Assembly (NCBI GenBank): GCA_963771175.1 | Contig: CAVYSY010000039.1 | Location: forward strand, 64,001 to 128,000 | Direction: 5' to 3' | Source: an uncultured delta proteobacterium | GTDB lineage: Bacteria > Myxococcota > Myxococcia > Myxococcales > Myxococcaceae | Length of the DNA stretch: 64,000 bases | Shown: positions 60,122 through 64,000 of the stretch, one piece after another | How positions within the stretch are numbered: the first letter of the stretch is position 1 | Layout: each line of letters opens with the position of its first letter | Program-made: the position numbers and the translations under genes | Notes under the pieces: model-generated | What the model was told of the DNA's origin: nothing | What the model saw: only the letters and a program-made list of their open reading frames with translations | The model's database searches: none

Positions 60122-61840
60122 CTAGTCCACCTGCACGCGGGCCAGCTTGCCGCGGTCGCCGATGAAGTCGTCCACCCCGTGGGCGATGGCCTGGGCCACG
60201 TCGTCCTGGTACTTCTCCGAGGCCAGCCGCTTCTCCTCCTCGGGGTGGGACAGGAAGGCCGTCTCCACGAGGATGGCCGGCATCTTCGTGCCCAGCAGCA
60301 CGTAGAAGAGCGCCTCCTTCGTGCCCAGGTCCTTCACGCCCGAGTAGTCGCTTGCCAGGTGGCTCACCAGGTTCTTCTGCACCTGGGTCGCCAGCCGCGA
60401 GGACTCCTCGGTGTTGGCCTTGGTGGCCAGGTCCGCGAGGATGAACTGCAGGTCGCTGATGCCCTTCTCGGAGGACGCGTTCTCGCGCGCCGCCAGACGG
60501 ATGGAGTAGCGATCCGCCGAGGTGTTGAGCGTGTACGTCTCGATGCCCCGCAGCTTCGAGGTGGGCGCCGAGTTGCAGTGGATGGAGATGAAGAGATCTC
60601 CCTTCAGCTCGTTGGCCTGCCGCGCGCGCTCCTCCAGCTTGAGGTAGCGATCGTCCTCGCGGGTGAGCAGCACCTCCAGCCCGCGCTCGCGGAGCTGCTG
60701 CGCGAGCTTCCGCGCGATGGCCAGCGTCACGTCCTTCTCCCGGGTGCCCTTGCGGCCGATGGCGCCGGTGTCGTGCCCGCCGTGGCCCGCGTCGATGACC
60801 ACCCGGCGCACCTTCAGCCCGAGCTGCTCCGCCAGCGTCAGCTCGGCCTTCTTGGACACCTTGGCCACGGCCTTGAGGCGGGCCTGGGCGATCTGATCGT
60901 CCACCGGGGCGGTGACGGGCTTGTTCGTCGGCGCGGGCGGCTCGGGGACCACAACCGGAGCGGAGGCCACGGCCTGCGCGGGCTCCACCACCGGCTTCGG
61001 CTCCGGAGCGGGCGCGGGCTTCGACTCCGGAGCAGGCGCGGGCTTCGACTCCGGGGCGGGCGCCACTTGCGCCACCTGGGCAGCCTTCGTGCCGGGCTCC
61101 CGACCGGTCCGGCTGATGGCGTTGATCAGTGGCGACGCGCCGGAGGACCGTTCCCCGCCCGTCGCGGGAGCCTCGGCCACGGTGGGAGCCGGCTCCAGAT
61201 CGGCCGGCTTCGACAGGTCGACGCGGACGACGGGCAGCGGCTCGGCCGGGGGCGACTTGGAGCTCTCGGAGGAGGCCACGGCCGGTGCCGGGGCGGGCGT
61301 CGGCTCGGGATCGCGCACCGGGGCCTTGGAGGTGTTGCGCACCGGCAGCGAGGCCAGCAGGGCCTTCAGCTCGCGGGCCCGATCCCCCTTGGGGTTGGCC
61401 TTCAGGATGCCGGTGAGGACGCGGCGCGCGGACTCGGGCTGATCCAACCGCTCGAAGTAGATGGTCGCGAGCGCGAGGGCCGCATCGTCCGCGAGCCGGT
61501 GCCGCGAGTGGGCCTCCACCACACGGGTGTAGTCGGAGATGGCCGCCTGCTGATCCTGCGTGACGAAGGAGATGCGGCTCAGCTCGTTGAGCAGCTCCGC
61601 GGCGGTATAGAGGGCCTCCGGGGTGCGCGAGCTCTTGGGGTAGTGGCTGGCCACGGCCTCGAACCTGCTGGCCACGTTGAGCCAGTGGTGGCGCAGCTTG
61701 CGCCGGGCCGCGTCATCCTTGAGGGCGTAGTAGGATCTGCGAGCCTCCTGGTAGGCGACCTCGTCCGCGTCGCGCTTCGCCGCCTGGACGGCGATCGGCA
61801 ACAGCAGGGCCAGCAGAAGGAGGGCGGGTCGCAGGGGCAT
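60122..61840 (-). CDS. N-acetylmuramoyl-L-alanine amidase (Amidase_3) with N-terminal TPR-like region
   Basis: Signal peptide; [22 protein letters not shown] and LVETAF; Pro-rich linker. Confidence 0.93.
   Translation of the reverse strand: MPLRPALLLLALLLPIAVQAAKRDADEVAYQEARRSYYALKDDAARRKLRHHWLNVASRFEAVASHYPKSSRTPEALYTAAELLNELSRISFVTQDQQAAISDYTRVVEAHSRHRLADDAALALATIYFERLDQPESARRVLTGILKANPKGDRARELKALLASLPVRNTSKAPVRDPEPTPAPAPAVASSESSKSPPAEPLPVVRVDLSKPADLEPAPTVAEAPATGGERSSGASPLINAISRTGREPGTKAAQVAQVAPAPESKPAPAPESKPAPAPEPKPVVEPAQAVASAPVVVPEPPAPTNKPVTAPVDDQIAQARLKAVAKVSKKAELTLAEQLGLKVRRVVIDAGHGGHDTGAIGRKGTREKDVTLAIARKLAQQLRERGLEVLLTREDDRYLKLEERARQANELKGDLFISIHCNSAPTSKLRGIETYTLNTSADRYSIRLAARENASSEKGISDLQFILADLATKANTEESSRLATQVQKNLVSHLASDYSGVKDLGTKEALFYVLLGTKMPAILVETAFLSHPEEEKRLASEKYQDDVAQAIAHGVDDFIGDRGKLARVQVD
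60993..61063 (-). repeat. 24-bp tandem repeat, three copies, in the amidase linker
   Basis: Encodes [24 protein letters not shown]. Confidence 0.8.
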
Positions 61841-61995
61841 CGGGAGTCCTCCGGGGACGGCGAGGGCTACAGACGTGTGTCACGCCCCCCCTACCCCGGC
61901 AAATTTTCGACCCCCAAGGGTTTGAAGATCGACCCTGCGGGCGGGTACACTCGACCTTCGGGCACCTTCCGTGTGCCGTATTTTCGGGAGATTCC

Positions 61996-62982
61996 ATGGC
62001 GCAACCCCCCCCGGATCAGGGCGGCAAGGGTCAGGGCGGTTCGGGTCCTGGTCAGCGCACGTCCACCAGCGGCTCCACACCGGCGGCCCGCCCCAACACC
62101 GGCACGGGCATTCCCCGCACGGCCACCAGCAGTTCCACGCCCGCGCCCCGGACCGCCACGGGCACGGGCATCCCCCGCACGGCCACCAGCGGCTCCACAC
62201 CCGCGGCCCGGACCGCCACGGGGGAGCAGGCCGTCCGCCGCAGCCCCACCCTGTCGGGCCTTCCCAACGTGCGCGTCGGCGTCAACGCCTTCGAGCTGGG
62301 CTCCATCCCGGACTCCAAGTCCTACAAGAAGCGCATCGACAAGTCCGCCTTCGACGGCGCGGAGGAGCAGACCCACACGGGCGCCCTGCTGGGCGCTCGC
62401 CGTCCGGTGATGCCGCCTCCCGAGGAGGAGAGCACCTCGGTGGGCAAGACCTTCGACGGGACGAACCCGCCCAAGGAGCTGGCCAGCCGCGACCTGTGGA
62501 AGGCCATCAACGCCCCCCTGCAGAGCCGCGAGGGCCGGCGCACCCCGGACCTCTACACGCAGGTCATCAACCAGTTCGCCGCCGGCAACAACCCGCGCTA
62601 CGAGCCCGATGATCCGAGCCGGCCGCGCGCCCACATCTTCGTCTGGGACGTCACCCGCGCGATGAACGCGGAGATCCCCCACTTCGTCGGGCCTCGGGAG
62701 CTGTCGCTCGCGCAGACGAGCGACTGGCTGCGCCACGAGGGCCCCATGCGGGGCTGGCGTCGGGCGGATGCCGAGAGCGCCCTCGCCGCCGCCAACGCGG
62801 GCAAGCCCGTGGTGGCCATACCCAAGGACTCCAACGTCAAGGGCATGAGCATGGTGCGACCGGGAGAGCTCGGCCCCGACGGCAGGCCGCGCTTCGCCTC
62901 GGCGGGCCTCAATCGGGGCAATGACCTGAGCGCCAAGGAGGCCCTTGGCGTGATGGCGGTGGAGTACTACTTCCACGATTGA
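61996..62982 (+). CDS. Hypothetical protein: Thr/Gly repeat N-terminus plus degenerate NlpC/P60-like domain
   Basis: GGGAG RBS; VINQF...NPRY...IFVWDVTRAM...IPH...WL...GW...ANAGKPVV...VRPG. Confidence 0.7.
   Translation: MAQPPPDQGGKGQGGSGPGQRTSTSGSTPAARPNTGTGIPRTATSSSTPAPRTATGTGIPRTATSGSTPAARTATGEQAVRRSPTLSGLPNVRVGVNAFELGSIPDSKSYKKRIDKSAFDGAEEQTHTGALLGARRPVMPPPEEESTSVGKTFDGTNPPKELASRDLWKAINAPLQSREGRRTPDLYTQVINQFAAGNNPRYEPDDPSRPRAHIFVWDVTRAMNAEIPHFVGPRELSLAQTSDWLRHEGPMRGWRRADAESALAAANAGKPVVAIPKDSNVKGMSMVRPGELGPDGRPRFASAGLNRGNDLSAKEALGVMAVEYYFHD
62056..62222 (+). repeat. 60-bp tandem repeat, about 2.8 copies
   Basis: Encodes near-identical RTATSxSTPAxRTATGTGIP units. Confidence 0.85.
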
Positions 62983-62992
62983 GGCGGGTGCC

Positions 62993-63757
62993 TCAGCGCA
63001 CCCACCGCAGCGCCCGGGCCAGCTCCTCGTCGATGACGCGGGCCTGGTCGGGCAGCGAGGACGACACCGCCGCCAGCACCTTGTCCCCGTTGCGCACCGG
63101 AGCCCGACCGGGGCGCAGGCGCGCGCGCACCGCGTGCTTCCGGTCCTGCTTCCAGTAGCTGGCCGGGAAGTGCACCTCGCGGCGGGACTCCGGCAGCGGG
63201 CCGTCCGGCGTCAGCCACACCAGCATGCCCGTGCGCAGCGGCTCCAGCTCCACGCGCAGCGTCCGCCGCAGCTCCCGGACGAAGAGGCCCACCGCCACGA
63301 GCCCCCCGAGCGCCAGTCCCCAGGGCACCAGCCCCAGGGCCTGGGCACGAGAGCGCACGTAGCCCGCCTCGCGGGGCCTGTCCGGCAGGAGGGGATCCAC
63401 CAGCAGTTGGATGCGCGCCCCGGGACCCAGCCCCTCGGCGTATTCGGCGAAGGTGCGCACCCCGCTGGCCGAGTACTGCGCCTTGCCCACGGTGTAGAGC
63501 ACTTCCAGCGTCGCCTCGGCGCCCTCGCGCTCACCCCGGGGAGGGAGCTTCAGGGCCGCCACCCTGCCCTCCAGCGCCTCGGCCCGCGCGAGGAAGCCTT
63601 GCTCCTCCACCACGAGCCGACCCAGGGCCCACGCACCCGCGCCAAGCGCCGCCATCAACCCGAGCCCCACCGCCAGCACCCGGACGAGCCGGAGAAGGGA
63701 ACCGGGGACCTGCGAGAGGGGGACGCGTCGGGGGGCCTGGGGAATGGCGAGCTGCAT
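62993..63757 (-). CDS. DUF3592-like two-TM membrane protein
   Basis: TM - EGRV...VLYTV...IQLLVDPLLP - TM arrangement. Confidence 0.65.
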   Translation of the reverse strand: MQLAIPQAPRRVPLSQVPGSLLRLVRVLAVGLGLMAALGAGAWALGRLVVEEQGFLARAEALEGRVAALKLPPRGEREGAEATLEVLYTVGKAQYSASGVRTFAEYAEGLGPGARIQLLVDPLLPDRPREAGYVRSRAQALGLVPWGLALGGLVAVGLFVRELRRTLRVELEPLRTGMLVWLTPDGPLPESRREVHFPASYWKQDRKHAVRARLRPGRAPVRNGDKVLAAVSSSLPDQARVIDEELARALRWVR

Positions 63758-63782
63758 GCCCCCATCCTACCGCCAAGAGGAC

Positions 63783-63825
63783 GGGGCGGCCCGCGCGGGC
63801 GCGAATTGGCGCTCGGGGCCGCCCC
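63783..63825. terminator. GC-rich hairpin downstream of the HU gene
   Basis: ggggcggccc ... gggccgcccc perfect 10-bp stem; no U-tract. Confidence 0.45.
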
Positions 63826-63831
63826 AGCGGA

Positions 63832-64000
63832 TCAGATCAGATCCTTGAGCGCCTTGAGCGGCTGGATCTTCACGACCTTGCGGGCCGGCTTGGCCTTGAA
63901 GACGGTCTCCAGGCCGGTGAAGGGGTTGATGCCCTTGCGCGCCTTGGTGGCCGGCTTCTTCACGACCTTCAGCTTCATCAGACCGGGGACCACGAACTTC
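63832..64000 (-). CDS. HU-family DNA-binding protein, 3' part
   Basis: KFVVPGLMKLKVVKKPATKARKGINPFTGLETVFKAKPARKVVKIQPLKALKDLI*. Confidence 0.9.
   Translation of the reverse strand, partial: KFVVPGLMKLKVVKKPATKARKGINPFTGLETVFKAKPARKVVKIQPLKALKDLI

Overview
High-GC myxobacterial chromosome segment (Archangium/Cystobacter-like, inferred from gene content). Bases 1-21197 (minus strand) hold the first four genes of a cis-AT type I PKS: ACP-KS-AT-AT-DH-KR-ACP, two KS-AT-DH-KR-ACP proteins, and a fourth running off the window. Architecture and motifs fit a myxalamid-type mxaF-E-D-C line. The rest is a mostly minus-strand housekeeping backbone (rtcA, rluB, scpB, scpA, trpS, xerD, Sua5/YrdC, glnD, Amidase_3, HU) with accessory genes interspersed. 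The most notable accessory features are: a 5'-truncated double-CxxCG gene between two diverged 122-bp direct repeats; a coupled DUF3015-like lipoprotein plus DUF4105/Lnb-like beta-barrel protein; a P-II-like gene plus two CPA antiporters; a DUF4011-SF1 helicase-nuclease (Hhe-like defence candidate); and an apparently dead NlpC/P60-like protein. Many genes, including trpS, carry clustered single-base frameshifts that are probably sequencing or assembly errors. No tRNA, rRNA, CRISPR array or IS element was recognised. All family assignments come from motifs read by eye, not from database searches.
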